A DNA stretch of 64,000 bases. Origin: Planctomycetota bacterium (GTDB taxonomy: Bacteria; Planctomycetota; UBA1135; UBA2386). The stretch lies in contig OZ245006.1 of assembly GCA_965223545.1 (NCBI GenBank), positions 1,664,001 through 1,728,000 of the forward strand. The letters run 5' to 3'. A model generated the notes under the pieces. That model was not told where the DNA came from and made no database searches. It worked only from the letters and a program-made list of their open reading frames with translations. Position numbers and translations under genes: made by a program. The stretch's first letter is position 1; the number at the start of each line of letters is the position of its first letter. This document shows positions 10,015 to 19,675 of this stretch, piece after piece.

Positions 10015-11292
10015 CTACACGAACAGCGAGCCGAGGAAGATCAAACCAACCACGATCCCGACCAGCAGTGCCGCCATCAGCACGTAGCCGGCAAAGTGCA
10101 GCGCGAGGCCGAGAATGCGGAACGGCAGCTGCACCAGGAACACGAGCCCGTGGCCGAGCCCCATGCTCAGCAGCCGCACCGGCAGCAGCGCGAGCATGAT
10201 CATCAGCTCGATGCCGCGGAACACCAGATGGACCGCGCCGCCGACGACCCCGCCGACACCCACCGCCGGTGGATCGCGCCACGGCATGCTCTGCGGCCCT
10301 CCCGGAGCGGCGGTCGCGGCCGCGCCCATGGCGGGTTGAGGCGGCGGCGGCGGCGCAGCCGTGCGCGCGGTGTCGGCCGCCGCAGACTTGCCCGGAGGCG
10401 GGATGACCATGCTCTCGCCCAGGGCTGCGGGCGCGTGCAGCGCGTGCAGCAACTCCTCGGCGGTCTGGAATCGATCGTCGGGGTCCTTGGCCAGGCAGCG
10501 GTCGAGAATCGCCCGGTCGGCGGCGCCGATGTTGGCCGGGTAGTGCGGGTGCGCGCTCTCGTGCTTGCGCAGCACCTCCCACTCGGTGTCGCCCTTGAAC
10601 GGCACGTCGCCGGTCAAGCACTCGTAGAGCAGCACGCCCAGCGAGTAGACGTCGCTGCGTGCGTCGCCGCGCCGCTGAAGCATCTCCGGCGCCATGTAGT
10701 AGGGCGTGCCGCGGCCGAACGACAGCGAGTTGCGCGACTCGGTCACCAGCTTGGACAGGCCGTAGTCCCCCACGCGGGCGATGTCGCCCTTGAGGAAGAT
10801 GTTGGCGGGCTTCAGATCGAAGTGCACCAGCGAGCGCTCGTGCAGCGCCTGCACGCCGCGCGCCGCCTGCACGAAGATGCGCATCGCCTGATCCCGCGAC
10901 AACGGGCCGGCCTCGAGCCGCTTGCGCAGCGTCTCGTCGCCGGCGTAGCTCATGATGATGAACGGGATCCCGTCCACCTCGCCCTTGTCCTCGATCGACA
11001 CCAGGTTTGGGTGGTCGATCTGGGCGAAGAAGCGCACCGTCTGTAGCTCGCGCACGACCGCGTCGCGCACGACCTCGTCGTCGACCTTCAAGAACTTGAT
11101 CGCGTAGTCCTTGCCGATCGACTCCTTGCGCGCCTTGAACACCATGCCGAACACGCCGCCGCCGAGCTTGTTGACGACCTCGAAGCCGGGCACGTAGCCG
11201 GGCTTGCGGTAGTTGGCGTAGAACGACTCCCAGTTGATCCGGGGCCGGCCGGACGGGCCGGGCTGGGTCGATTCGAGGCTTTCGGCTTCCAT
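10015..11292 (-). CDS. Ser/Thr protein kinase with C-terminal membrane segments
   Basis: LGGGVFGMV, AIK, HFDLKPANIF, DYG, GTPYYMAPE, DVYSLG; Pro-rich linker; hydrophobic C-terminus. Confidence 0.92.
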   Translation of the reverse strand: MEAESLESTQPGPSGRPRINWESFYANYRKPGYVPGFEVVNKLGGGVFGMVFKARKESIGKDYAIKFLKVDDEVVRDAVVRELQTVRFFAQIDHPNLVSIEDKGEVDGIPFIIMSYAGDETLRKRLEAGPLSRDQAMRIFVQAARGVQALHERSLVHFDLKPANIFLKGDIARVGDYGLSKLVTESRNSLSFGRGTPYYMAPEMLQRRGDARSDVYSLGVLLYECLTGDVPFKGDTEWEVLRKHESAHPHYPANIGAADRAILDRCLAKDPDDRFQTAEELLHALHAPAALGESMVIPPPGKSAAADTARTAAPPPPPQPAMGAAATAAPGGPQSMPWRDPPAVGVGGVVGGAVHLVFRGIELMIMLALLPVRLLSMGLGHGLVFLVQLPFRILGLALHFAGYVLMAALLVGIVVGLIFLGSLFV

Positions 11293-11297
11293 GGCGC

Positions 11298-11903
11298 TCA
11301 CAGCATGAAGACGACCGGTGCGACGGTCGCGCCCAGGGCCAATCCGATCAGGCGCAGGCGCCACGTCATGTAGCCGCGGCTGACCCGGTCGAGCCACGCG
11401 GTGACGAACGCCAAGAAGCCCCAGAAGACAGCGATCCCGCCGCACTTCGCCGCGAACAGCTTAGCCGCGGCGGTGAGGCGGCGCGCCAGCCGGGCGTCCT
11501 GCTCCGCATTCGCACGAGCGGAAGCCTGCGCCGGGGCCAGCTGCAGGCTGGTCTGGTAGCTGCGGCCGAAGCCGTGATCCCGCTCCTGGCAGCTGCGGTC
11601 GAGGACCTGGATCTCGTCGGGCATCGCGCCCCGCTCCCAGCGCTCGACCTCGCGCTGCACGAACAGCGAGGGCAGCCACCACGGCGCGCTGTCGCCGGCG
11701 ACGGCCGCCCCGCGGCGGCGCACGTCCTCGCTCAGAATCTCGCGGGCGCGCCGGATCGCGCTGGCGTCGGCCTCCGCCTCGCTGAGCTCGACGCTCCCCT
11801 CGACGGTCACCACCGCCGGCCGGGGCTCGCCGCCAAACGCCCACTGCGCCGTAGCTTGGGGGCCTTGGGCGAGAAGAACGACGGCCAGCATCAGGGTCGA
11901 CAA
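11298..11903 (-). CDS. Hypothetical membrane protein (signal peptide + 2 C-terminal TM)
   Basis: TTG start 7 nt after GGAGG; C-terminal WLDRVSRGYMTWRLR between two hydrophobic helices; 5 nt upstream of the kinase start. Confidence 0.65.
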   Translation of the reverse strand: MSTLMLAVVLLAQGPQATAQWAFGGEPRPAVVTVEGSVELSEAEADASAIRRAREILSEDVRRRGAAVAGDSAPWWLPSLFVQREVERWERGAMPDEIQVLDRSCQERDHGFGRSYQTSLQLAPAQASARANAEQDARLARRLTAAAKLFAAKCGGIAVFWGFLAFVTAWLDRVSRGYMTWRLRLIGLALGATVAPVVFML

Positions 11904-12019
11904 GGGAAACCTCCGCTCATGGGCTCCACAGTTCCGGGCGAGACGCCGTTTATTCCGAAACGCGGCGTTCGGGGTTGGGACTCGGGCCAAACCGATCCAA
12001 GAGACGGCGACTTCTGCCC

Positions 12020-12433
12020 ATGATCTCCGTCGCAATCGGGCCCGTGCTGTGGGTCAACACCACCGGGGAGCTCTTCTGCGGAGGCTTGCGTTTCCTCCAC
12101 GTCCCGCTTCAGCGAGGCCCGGAGGATGCGGCGGCCGTTCACGTCGCGCATGGCGGCCTCGTGCTCGAGATCGCCAGACGCCCCCCGCATGCCGTCATGG
12201 CGCGCTTCCCGGGCTACGCCATCGCGGCGAAGAATCCGGCGATTCGCGCGCGGTTGGCGCAGTGGCCGATGTTCCAGGTCTGCGGCAGGGCTCGCATCGG
12301 CGGGTTGCTCGTCTCCGCTTCGCCACGGTGCCTCTGGATCGACGACCGCGCCTTCGGCCCGTCGCTCGACAACGCGAGAGGGCGCGCGCTGGACGTCGGC
12401 GCAGAGGGGGTCACCGTCCACGCAGCTCGTTGA
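12020..12433 (+). CDS. Hypothetical protein
   Basis: Protein-like composition; fills the gap between two minus-strand genes. Confidence 0.45.
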   Translation: MISVAIGPVLWVNTTGELFCGGLRFLHVPLQRGPEDAAAVHVAHGGLVLEIARRPPHAVMARFPGYAIAAKNPAIRARLAQWPMFQVCGRARIGGLLVSASPRCLWIDDRAFGPSLDNARGRALDVGAEGVTVHAAR

Positions 12434-12451
12434 CCGCGACGCGCCGCGCCG

Positions 12452-15154
12452 TCACGCGCCCCGCTGCCAGGGCTGCAGAACGAACGAGACCTCACCGCAG
12501 GTCACCAGGGCACCGGCCTCGACCGGGTGCTCCTTGGCGAACGGGCGGCCGTTGATCTCGCCTTGACCGTCGTAGCGCACCCGCACCTGACCGTCCTTGG
12601 TGGCGAACAGCTCGACCTCGGGCTGGTCGTGGGGCGTGCGCACGTGGGCGTCGTCGACGGGGCCGATCAGGATGCGGCCGTCGCGGCCACGGTCCTTCAT
12701 CAGCAGGACCTTGTCCGTGCCGGCGACCTGGAAGCCGCTCGACAGGGTCAGAAGGGCGCTGAGCGAGCGGGAGCTCGGCAGCCGGTAGTGCAGCTCGAGG
12801 GCCTTGCCCAAGCGCACGCGGTCGCCGGTCTTGAGCTTGTGCTCGGCCACGGCGCGGCCGCCGACGGTGATCTCGCCGCGGTCGGCGACGATGCGATCCT
12901 GCAGCCCCCCGTGGAACGACATCGAGCGCTGGATGCGCGCGTGGCTGCCCGCGATGTTGGCCAAGACCGCCAGGTCGGCGTGGCCGTCGCGCAGGTTGCC
13001 GATGGTGCACGAGTCGCGGCGCAGCACCAGGAACTCGCCACCCTCGTCGACCCGCAGCAGGAAGCCCGCCTCCAGGCCTTGCGCCCGCGCCAAGCTCTGC
13101 TTGATGTCGAACACGCGGGTGCGCAGCAGCGGTGGGGTCGGCGGCATGCCGCTCAACTTGGCCTGCGCCGCATCGAAGTCACGGCCCTCGGCCAGGCGCT
13201 CGACCTCGCACAGCGCCGCCTCCTGCTGCCGCAGCCGGACGACGCCGTCCTCCAACCGGCGCACGCTGGAGCCGTCCACCGACGCACCGCGCGCCTCCTC
13301 GAGGTGTCGCTCGGCGGCCTCCAAGTCGCGGCCGGCGAGCGCCTCGGCCCCGCGCCGCGCCGCATCCGACGCCGTCGCGCGCTGCTCCTCGACGCGTTCG
13401 CGCAGGGTCTGCGCCCGGCGCGCCAACTCGCTGCCCTCGCCGGCGAGCGCCTCGGTCGCCGACAACCACAGCACTGCCGCGGCGAGCTGGCCGGCACCGG
13501 CCGCGGCCTCGGCGGCGGTCAGCATGCGGTCGCCGAGCTCGAGCACCCGCGCGTCCAACCGATCGGGGCGCAGCAGGCGACCGCGCACATCCGGCCAATC
13601 GGCGAGCGCCGTCGCCACGCCCTTGGCATCGGCACCGTCCATGAGGGCGGTCGCCTTCGAAAACAGCTCCAGTCCCTCGATCTCGGCCTCCAGCGCGCGA
13701 TCGAGCTCCGCGGCGGCCTCGTTGTCGGTCTGCACGGCCATCAGCTGTTGCAGCCGTGAGCGACAGTGGCGCAGCCCCTCGGGCGTCGCCGAGTCGCGCC
13801 CGTGCATCGCCCGGCGCACCTGATCCAAGCCGCTGTCGACGAGGTCGATGCGCGCGCGCAGGTCGGCCAGCAACAGCCGCGCCTCCTCGCCCTGGCCGCT
13901 CGGCCCGACCAGGGCCACGGCGATCGCGGCGGCCTCGCGCAGGCGCGCGTCCTTGGCCAACTCCCGCGCCCGCGCCAGCCGCTCCTCGCGGTCCTTGGCT
14001 CCCTGGTCCAAGAGATCCATCTCGCGGCGCGCGGCTTCGTGCATCGGCCAGCGCTCCAGCAAGGGCACCAGCGCTGCCCGCGCCTCCACCAGGCGGCCGG
14101 CACCGGCCAGCTCGCGCGCCTTCGCCAGACCGTCGCGGGTGTCGGCAGCCGCGCGGTCCAGCTCCTTCTGCACCGCGCGCGGCAGCGCCACCCCCGAGCC
14201 CTGCATCACCACCGCCAGCTGCCGGCCGGCGCCGTCGAAGTCACCGCGGTCGCGCAGTTCGAGCGCCTGCGCCAGCGCGTCCATCGCGCGCCGCATATCG
14301 GTGCCGCCCGTCTCCTGCAGGACCCGCGGGTCCATCTCGGCGTAGGCCGCGGCGGCGGCATCGAGCTCGCCCGCCTTGAGTCGCTTGCGCAGCTCGTCGC
14401 TCCACGATCCGGCGGCGCGCGCCATCAGCTTCTGCACGCTGTCGACCGCGTCGAGCTCGGGCAGCTGCGCGCGCTCGCGGTGCAGCTGCTCGAGCGCCCG
14501 GTCGATGTCGCCCTTGGCGACCTGCTCGCGCAGCGCCGGCACCAGCGCCGCGGCGACTGCCCGCGCGATGCGCAGCCCGAGATCACCGGCCGCCGCCAGG
14601 CCACCGTCCTGCCCCTTGGCGCGCACCAACAGATCGCGCGCGCGGTCGGTCTCGCCGTCGCGCAGCGCCGCCTCGGCCTGCTCGGCCAGGTCGGCGCCGG
14701 CCTTGCGCCGGGCCTCGATCAGACTGGACACCGCGCGCTCTTCAGCCGGCAGCGCGTGCAGCTCGTGCGCGGCCCGGCACTGCTCGGCGGCGGCGTCGAG
14801 CTCGCCTCGCGCCGCCATCCGGCGCGCCTCGCGCAGCATCGAGCCAGCCTCGCGCGCGGTCGTCGAGGCGCCCTCGATCTCGTCCTTGACGGCTTGCGCC
14901 AGGGTCCGCGCGCCGTCGTACTCCGGCGCCGACACCAGCACCCGACTGAGGTCGGCCAACGCGGCGGTGCGCGCTCCCTCGCCTTGCCGGCGGCGCGCGC
15001 GCTGCATCAAGCCTTGAAGCGCCTTGTCGCGCAGCTCGCGGGCGCGCCGCTGGTCGCGCACCACGGGGTCCTGCAGCAGCTGCAGAACCTGATCGAAGTG
15101 CCCTCGAGCGAGGGCGCGCCGCGCCTCGGCGAATCTGATGAATCGGTCGAACAT
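12452..15154 (-). CDS. Helical-repeat (TPR-like) protein with C-terminal FHA-like domains
   Basis: Long Ala/Arg/Leu/Glu helical repeats, then CTIGN...ADLAVLANIAGSHARI...LKTGDRVRLG and a second FHA-like segment (ILIGPVDDAHV). Confidence 0.75.
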   Translation of the reverse strand: MFDRFIRFAEARRALARGHFDQVLQLLQDPVVRDQRRARELRDKALQGLMQRARRRQGEGARTAALADLSRVLVSAPEYDGARTLAQAVKDEIEGASTTAREAGSMLREARRMAARGELDAAAEQCRAAHELHALPAEERAVSSLIEARRKAGADLAEQAEAALRDGETDRARDLLVRAKGQDGGLAAAGDLGLRIARAVAAALVPALREQVAKGDIDRALEQLHRERAQLPELDAVDSVQKLMARAAGSWSDELRKRLKAGELDAAAAAYAEMDPRVLQETGGTDMRRAMDALAQALELRDRGDFDGAGRQLAVVMQGSGVALPRAVQKELDRAAADTRDGLAKARELAGAGRLVEARAALVPLLERWPMHEAARREMDLLDQGAKDREERLARARELAKDARLREAAAIAVALVGPSGQGEEARLLLADLRARIDLVDSGLDQVRRAMHGRDSATPEGLRHCRSRLQQLMAVQTDNEAAAELDRALEAEIEGLELFSKATALMDGADAKGVATALADWPDVRGRLLRPDRLDARVLELGDRMLTAAEAAAGAGQLAAAVLWLSATEALAGEGSELARRAQTLRERVEEQRATASDAARRGAEALAGRDLEAAERHLEEARGASVDGSSVRRLEDGVVRLRQQEAALCEVERLAEGRDFDAAQAKLSGMPPTPPLLRTRVFDIKQSLARAQGLEAGFLLRVDEGGEFLVLRRDSCTIGNLRDGHADLAVLANIAGSHARIQRSMSFHGGLQDRIVADRGEITVGGRAVAEHKLKTGDRVRLGKALELHYRLPSSRSLSALLTLSSGFQVAGTDKVLLMKDRGRDGRILIGPVDDAHVRTPHDQPEVELFATKDGQVRVRYDGQGEINGRPFAKEHPVEAGALVTCGEVSFVLQPWQRGA

Positions 15155-15289
15155 GCGAGATATCAGGGCCTTGCGGCCGGACGCCGGATGCCTGACAGAG
15201 CCGGCGACGGGGGGCGAATGCGCCACCCGGCGCCCACTATTCGCAGGAAACGGACCGGGCGTAAAGCCCTCCGCTAAGGCCGGCGCGGC

Positions 15290-16261
15290 CTACGGGTCGC
15301 CGGACGCCCGCAGTCCATCGACGCCGTGGCCGTCGATCGCCAGGCGCAGGCACGCCTCGGCGCGCGTCAAGAACTCGCTGCGGTGCGCAATGCCCGGCGC
15401 GGGCGCGGTCACCAGGCCGGCGCGCGGTACCAGCCGCAGCCCGCCGCCGAACTCTCGCTCACCGAGCCCGCCGAGCAGGCGCTGGCACAGGGCGGTGGCG
15501 CCGGCTCCGCCGGTCCCTGGCAGCAGCAGCAAGAACGTGGTGTCGGTGAACCGGGCGAGGATGTCGAGGTCGCGACACTCGTTGAGGAGCACGCCGGCGA
15601 TCTCGGCCAGCGCCATGTTCCACGCCGGGCCGGCCGCATCCTCGCCGACGCCGATGTCGAGCAGCACCAGCGACAGCGGCTGGTGGAAGCGCTGCGACCG
15701 CTTGAACTCCTCTTCGAGCTTGTAGCTGGCGAACGGCCCGTTGAACAAGCCGGTGGCCGGATCGGTGAGGCGAGTCAACAACGAGTCCCCCGGCTCGCCG
15801 GCGAGGATGCGCTGCACCGCCGAGGCAGCGCGCGCTGTGTCGCTCGACATCTCGCGCTCCAGATCGGCCAATGCCGCGTCCAGCGGCACCCGACCCGTGG
15901 GCGCGCGCAGCACCATCTCGACGACCGATAGGTCGCGCAGCTGGCCGTCATCGTCGACTTCGACACAGCCGTCGGCGAGACAGAAGCGCGCGACCTCGCG
16001 GCTGTGGCGATCGCCGGCCTCGGTGATCAAGAACACCCGCACGCGCGGCGATGCCTTGAGCGCGCAGCAGGCGGCGAACGCGTTGCGCCCGGGCAACACC
16101 GAGTCGCCCTCGCCGCCGCCGCGCGCGGCCAGGAACACCAAGTCGCCTTCCCGCGGATCGGTCGGATAGCAACGCTGCACGTCACTCCCCAACCGGCGCT
16201 CCAGCTCGTCGCCCCACTCGGCGACCGGACCGTGGTAGTACAGCGCCTGCATCGCCCTCAC
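15290..16261 (-). CDS. Receiver-like + degenerate GGDEF domain protein
   Basis: TDPATGLFN, LSLVLLDI, RDLD I-site, but the active site reads ARFTDTTF rather than GG(D/E)EF. Confidence 0.75.
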   Translation of the reverse strand: MRAMQALYYHGPVAEWGDELERRLGSDVQRCYPTDPREGDLVFLAARGGGEGDSVLPGRNAFAACCALKASPRVRVFLITEAGDRHSREVARFCLADGCVEVDDDGQLRDLSVVEMVLRAPTGRVPLDAALADLEREMSSDTARAASAVQRILAGEPGDSLLTRLTDPATGLFNGPFASYKLEEEFKRSQRFHQPLSLVLLDIGVGEDAAGPAWNMALAEIAGVLLNECRDLDILARFTDTTFLLLLPGTGGAGATALCQRLLGGLGEREFGGGLRLVPRAGLVTAPAPGIAHRSEFLTRAEACLRLAIDGHGVDGLRASGDP

Positions 16262-17019
16262 TCCTCCTTGGCCGCCTGCTCGGCGATCTCGTCCGCCATC
16301 TCGTAGTTGGCCGATACCGTTTGCACGTCGTCGTGATCTTCGAGCGCGTCGAGCAGTTTGAGCACCTTGCGCGCTTCATCGACCGACTCGATCGCCGCGC
16401 TCGTGCTCGGCACTTGCACGACGCTGGCGTCGACCAGCGGGATCTCGGCAACCTCGAGCGCGGCCTTGATGGCGACGAAATCACTCGGCGCGCCGTGGAT
16501 CGTGAACACGTCCCCATCGCGGATCAGATCCTCCGCGCCGGCCTCGAGCACGATCTCCATCAATCGATCCTCGCTGGCGCCGGCCTCGGGATCGACGACG
16601 AACACCGCTTTGCGCTCGAACATGTACGCCACGGCACCGGCCGACGCCAAGTTGCCACCGGCGCGCTCGAACAGCTTGCGGATCTCGGGCGCGGTGCGGT
16701 TGCGGTTGTCGGTGAGGATGTCGAGCATCACCGCGACGCCACCGGGAGCGTAGCCCTCGTAGACGATCTCCTCGAAGTCGCCGGTGTCGCCCTCGCCGGT
16801 CCCCTTCTTGATCGCCCGCTCGATGTTGTCCTTGGGCATGTTGACCACGCGCGCCTTCTCGATGGCCAGCCGCAGCCGCGGGTTGGCCTCGGGGTCGCCA
16901 CCGCCCATCTTGGCGGCCACGGTGATCATGCGAGCGAGCTTGGAGAACGCGCGCGCCCGCTTGGCGTCGACGCGGTCCTTGCGGAACTTGATGTTCGCGG
17001 AGTGGGAATGACCTGCCAT
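16258..17019 (-). CDS. yebC: YebC/PmpR family protein
   Basis: MAGHSHSANIK, GGDPEANPRLRLAI, YEGYAPGGVA, TDNRNRT, LEDHDDVQTV. Confidence 0.95.
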   Translation of the reverse strand: MAGHSHSANIKFRKDRVDAKRARAFSKLARMITVAAKMGGGDPEANPRLRLAIEKARVVNMPKDNIERAIKKGTGEGDTGDFEEIVYEGYAPGGVAVMLDILTDNRNRTAPEIRKLFERAGGNLASAGAVAYMFERKAVFVVDPEAGASEDRLMEIVLEAGAEDLIRDGDVFTIHGAPSDFVAIKAALEVAEIPLVDASVVQVPSTSAAIESVDEARKVLKLLDALEDHDDVQTVSANYEMADEIAEQAAKEE

Positions 17020-17182
17020 AAGCAACCCCGGCGGGGCCTTCGGGGAAGGGCGCCGGCGACCGGCACGACGATCGACGGGCTCCTACCGCTTGAGTGCAGC
17101 AGACCCGGGCATCGGTGTCCAGCCCGCGAGCAGCGGGCCACGCGCATCCGCGCCCGAGCAGGCTGCGGAACGACCGCGCTCG

Positions 17183-17584
17183 TCAGCGCTTGGAGAACTG
17201 CGTCGCGCGCCGCGCCTTGCGCAGGCCGTACTTCTTGCGCTCCACCATGCGCGCGTCCCGGGTCAGCAGACCGTGCTCGCGCAGCGTGTGCTCGGTCTCG
17301 GGGTTGTCCGACTTCAGGGCTCGCGCCACGCCGAGCGACACCGCGTCGGCCTGCCCGTTGGGGCCGCCGCCCTCGACGCTCACCCATACATCGTAGGAGC
17401 TGCGCGCCTCGACGGCCTCGAGCGGCTGCACCGCCGACCGGCGCGTGTCGAGCGTGGTGAAGAACTCCTCCACCGGCTTGCCGTTGACGACGAACTGGCC
17501 GGACCCGGCCTTGATACGGACGCGGGCCACCGAGGTCTTACGCCGACCGGTGCCCCAAACATACGGATCGGATGCTAGAACCAA
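17183..17584 (-). CDS. rpsI: 30S ribosomal protein S9
   Basis: GTGRRKTSVARV ... LLTRDARMVERKKYGLRKARRATQFSKR. Confidence 0.97.
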   Translation of the reverse strand: MVLASDPYVWGTGRRKTSVARVRIKAGSGQFVVNGKPVEEFFTTLDTRRSAVQPLEAVEARSSYDVWVSVEGGGPNGQADAVSLGVARALKSDNPETEHTLREHGLLTRDARMVERKKYGLRKARRATQFSKR

Positions 17585-17586
17585 GC

Positions 17587-18027
17587 TCAGATCTCCAAGG
17601 GAGTGGGTTGCTGCGCGCGGTGCGGGTGCTCGGGTCCGGTGTAGACCTTGAGACGACTCAGCATGTACTTACCCATGCGCGACTTGGGCAGCATGCGGCG
17701 CACCGCGGCGGTGACGATGTACGCCGGGTTGCGGTCCAAGAACTCGGCCATCGTCACGGTCTTCCGACCCGAGAGGTGCCCGGTGTAGTAGTGGTATTCC
17801 TTCTTCTCCCGCTTCTGCCCGGTGACCTTCACCTTCTCGGCGTTGATCACGATCACACCGGCGCCGACGTTGATGTGCGGGGTGTAGAGCGGCCGGTTCT
17901 TGCCCATCAGCGTCTCGGCGATGACCACCGCCATGCGCCCGAGCGTGTGCTGGGAAGCGTCGACGACATACCAAGTGGCCGCGGCGCGGGTGTGGTCGTC
18001 GATGGTCGCGAAGGTGGTCTTGGTCAT
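17587..18027 (-). CDS. rplM: 50S ribosomal protein L13
   Basis: WYVVDA..TLGR, GKNRPLYTPH, VIVINAEKV, AVRRMLPK, HPHRAQQP; start ATG 18027. Confidence 0.96.
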   Translation of the reverse strand: MTKTTFATIDDHTRAAATWYVVDASQHTLGRMAVVIAETLMGKNRPLYTPHINVGAGVIVINAEKVKVTGQKREKKEYHYYTGHLSGRKTVTMAEFLDRNPAYIVTAAVRRMLPKSRMGKYMLSRLKVYTGPEHPHRAQQPTPLEI

Positions 18028-18136
18028 CGAGATGGGCGCCGAGTCGGCGCGCTGATTCAAGGAAAAACGCCCTGCCCAGGTCGGGCGAGGGGCGGGGACA
18101 GTATCCAGTGCCGCAGGGGGAATCAAGGCCGGCCGA

Positions 18137-19579
18137 CTACTCGAGGACACGGATGTTCATGATGTTGGTCGCGCCCTTGGTGCGGCTGCTGCCGAACACG
18201 ACCACCACCGGCTCGCCCTTGCGCGCCAACCGGCGCTGCAGCAGTACGCGCTCCCCCTCCAGGGTCATCTCATGGCTCGTCCGCGTGCGCGTGCAGCGCA
18301 CGGCGGTCACCCCCCAGGTCAGCGTCAACCGCTGCACGGTGGCCTGCGACGGCGTGAACGCGACGATCCGCGTCGGCGTGCGCTCGACCGCCATCAGCTG
18401 TGCCGTCGCGCCGCTCTCGGTGAACACCGCGATCACCTTGGCCTGCACCTCGAGGGCGGCGTACGCCGCCGCCTTCACCGTCGCCTGCTCGACCGACGAC
18501 ACCTTGGCGCTGCGCCGGCGGCGCCGGGTGTACTCCCATCCGCCGAACACGTCGGTCTCGGTGCGCCGCGCGATCTGGTGCATGATGCGCACCGCGCGGA
18601 CGGGGTATTTGCCAGAGGCGGTCTCCGCCGACAGCATCACCGCCGAGGTGCCGTCGTAGATGGCGTTGGCGACGTCCGAGGCCTCGGCCCGCGTCGGCCG
18701 CGGGTTGGTGACCATCGATTCCAGCATCTGGGTGGCGGTGATCACCGGTTTGCCGAGCTCGCGAGCGTGGCGGATGATGCGCTTCTGCTGCGCCGGAACG
18801 GCCTCTGGCCCCAGCTCCACCCCCATGTCGCCGCGCGCGATCATCAGCCCGTCGGCGACCTCGGCGATCTCGTGCAGGTTGCGCACCGACTCGGGCCGCT
18901 CGATCTTGGCGATCAGCTGGGCCTCGCCGCCGGCCGCGACCATCAGCCGCCGCAGCTGCTCGATGTCGGCCGCCGTGCGCACGAACGACTGGGCGACGAA
19001 GTCGGCCCCGCACTTCAGCGCGACCTTGAGATCGGCGCGGTCCTTCGACGACAGGCTCTCGGCCGACACCGCCGAGCCGGGCACGTTGATCCCCTTGTAC
19101 TGCTTGAGCAAGCCGCCGTGCACGACGCGGGTATGGATCTCCGGCCCCTCGACGTCGACCACCTTGAGCTCGAGATAGCCGTCGTCGAGCAGCATGCGCT
19201 CGCCGGGTCGCACGTCGCGCGCCAGGTTGCGATAGCTGGTGCCGATCACCGGCGCATCGCCGCCGCGCCCGACCACACCGGGCGTGGTCGACACCACGAG
19301 CCGCTGGCCGCGCTGCAGCCAGATCGGGGCGGCGGCCTCCAACGGCCCGACCCGCATCTTCGGCCCCTGCAGGTCGACGAGCACGCCGATCGGTGCCTTG
19401 AGCCGCTTGGCGACCCGGCGGATGGTGCGGATGTCGCGCTCGAGCGTCTCGTGGTCGGCGTGCGCACAGTTGAGCCGAAACACATCGACACCGACCGTGA
19501 CCAGCCGCTGCACGGTCTTCTCGGCGCGCGACGCTGGACCGAGAGTGGCGACGATCTTGGTGCGATTGGGAGCGGACAT
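18137..19579 (-). CDS. pyk: Pyruvate kinase
   Basis: RTKIVATLGP, DLQGPKMR, LIAKIE, MIARGDMGVE, ATQMLESM, MLSAETASGKYP. Confidence 0.97.
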   Translation of the reverse strand: MSAPNRTKIVATLGPASRAEKTVQRLVTVGVDVFRLNCAHADHETLERDIRTIRRVAKRLKAPIGVLVDLQGPKMRVGPLEAAAPIWLQRGQRLVVSTTPGVVGRGGDAPVIGTSYRNLARDVRPGERMLLDDGYLELKVVDVEGPEIHTRVVHGGLLKQYKGINVPGSAVSAESLSSKDRADLKVALKCGADFVAQSFVRTAADIEQLRRLMVAAGGEAQLIAKIERPESVRNLHEIAEVADGLMIARGDMGVELGPEAVPAQQKRIIRHARELGKPVITATQMLESMVTNPRPTRAEASDVANAIYDGTSAVMLSAETASGKYPVRAVRIMHQIARRTETDVFGGWEYTRRRRRSAKVSSVEQATVKAAAYAALEVQAKVIAVFTESGATAQLMAVERTPTRIVAFTPSQATVQRLTLTWGVTAVRCTRTRTSHEMTLEGERVLLQRRLARKGEPVVVVFGSSRTKGATNIMNIRVLE

Positions 19580-19614
19580 GTCGTCGGGAGCCCCCCTTCT
19601 TTATCCCAGCGTTA

Positions 19615-19643
19615 GTACGGAGTCAGGCTCGATTTTCTCGCTT
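19615..19643 (+). repeat. REP-like unit (single arm)
   Basis: GTACGGAGTCAGGCTCGATTTTCTCGCTT, identical to the arm core at 6065-6093. Confidence 0.9.
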
Positions 19644-19675
19644 CGACGACACCCCCCCGGCGCCCAACTCCCCCG

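Noticed and set aside
11891..12421. Minus-strand 176-aa ORF bridging the FHA gene and the membrane-protein gene
   Set aside because: Composition looks like a shadow frame; the plus-strand ORF 12020-12433 is more protein-like, though not certain.
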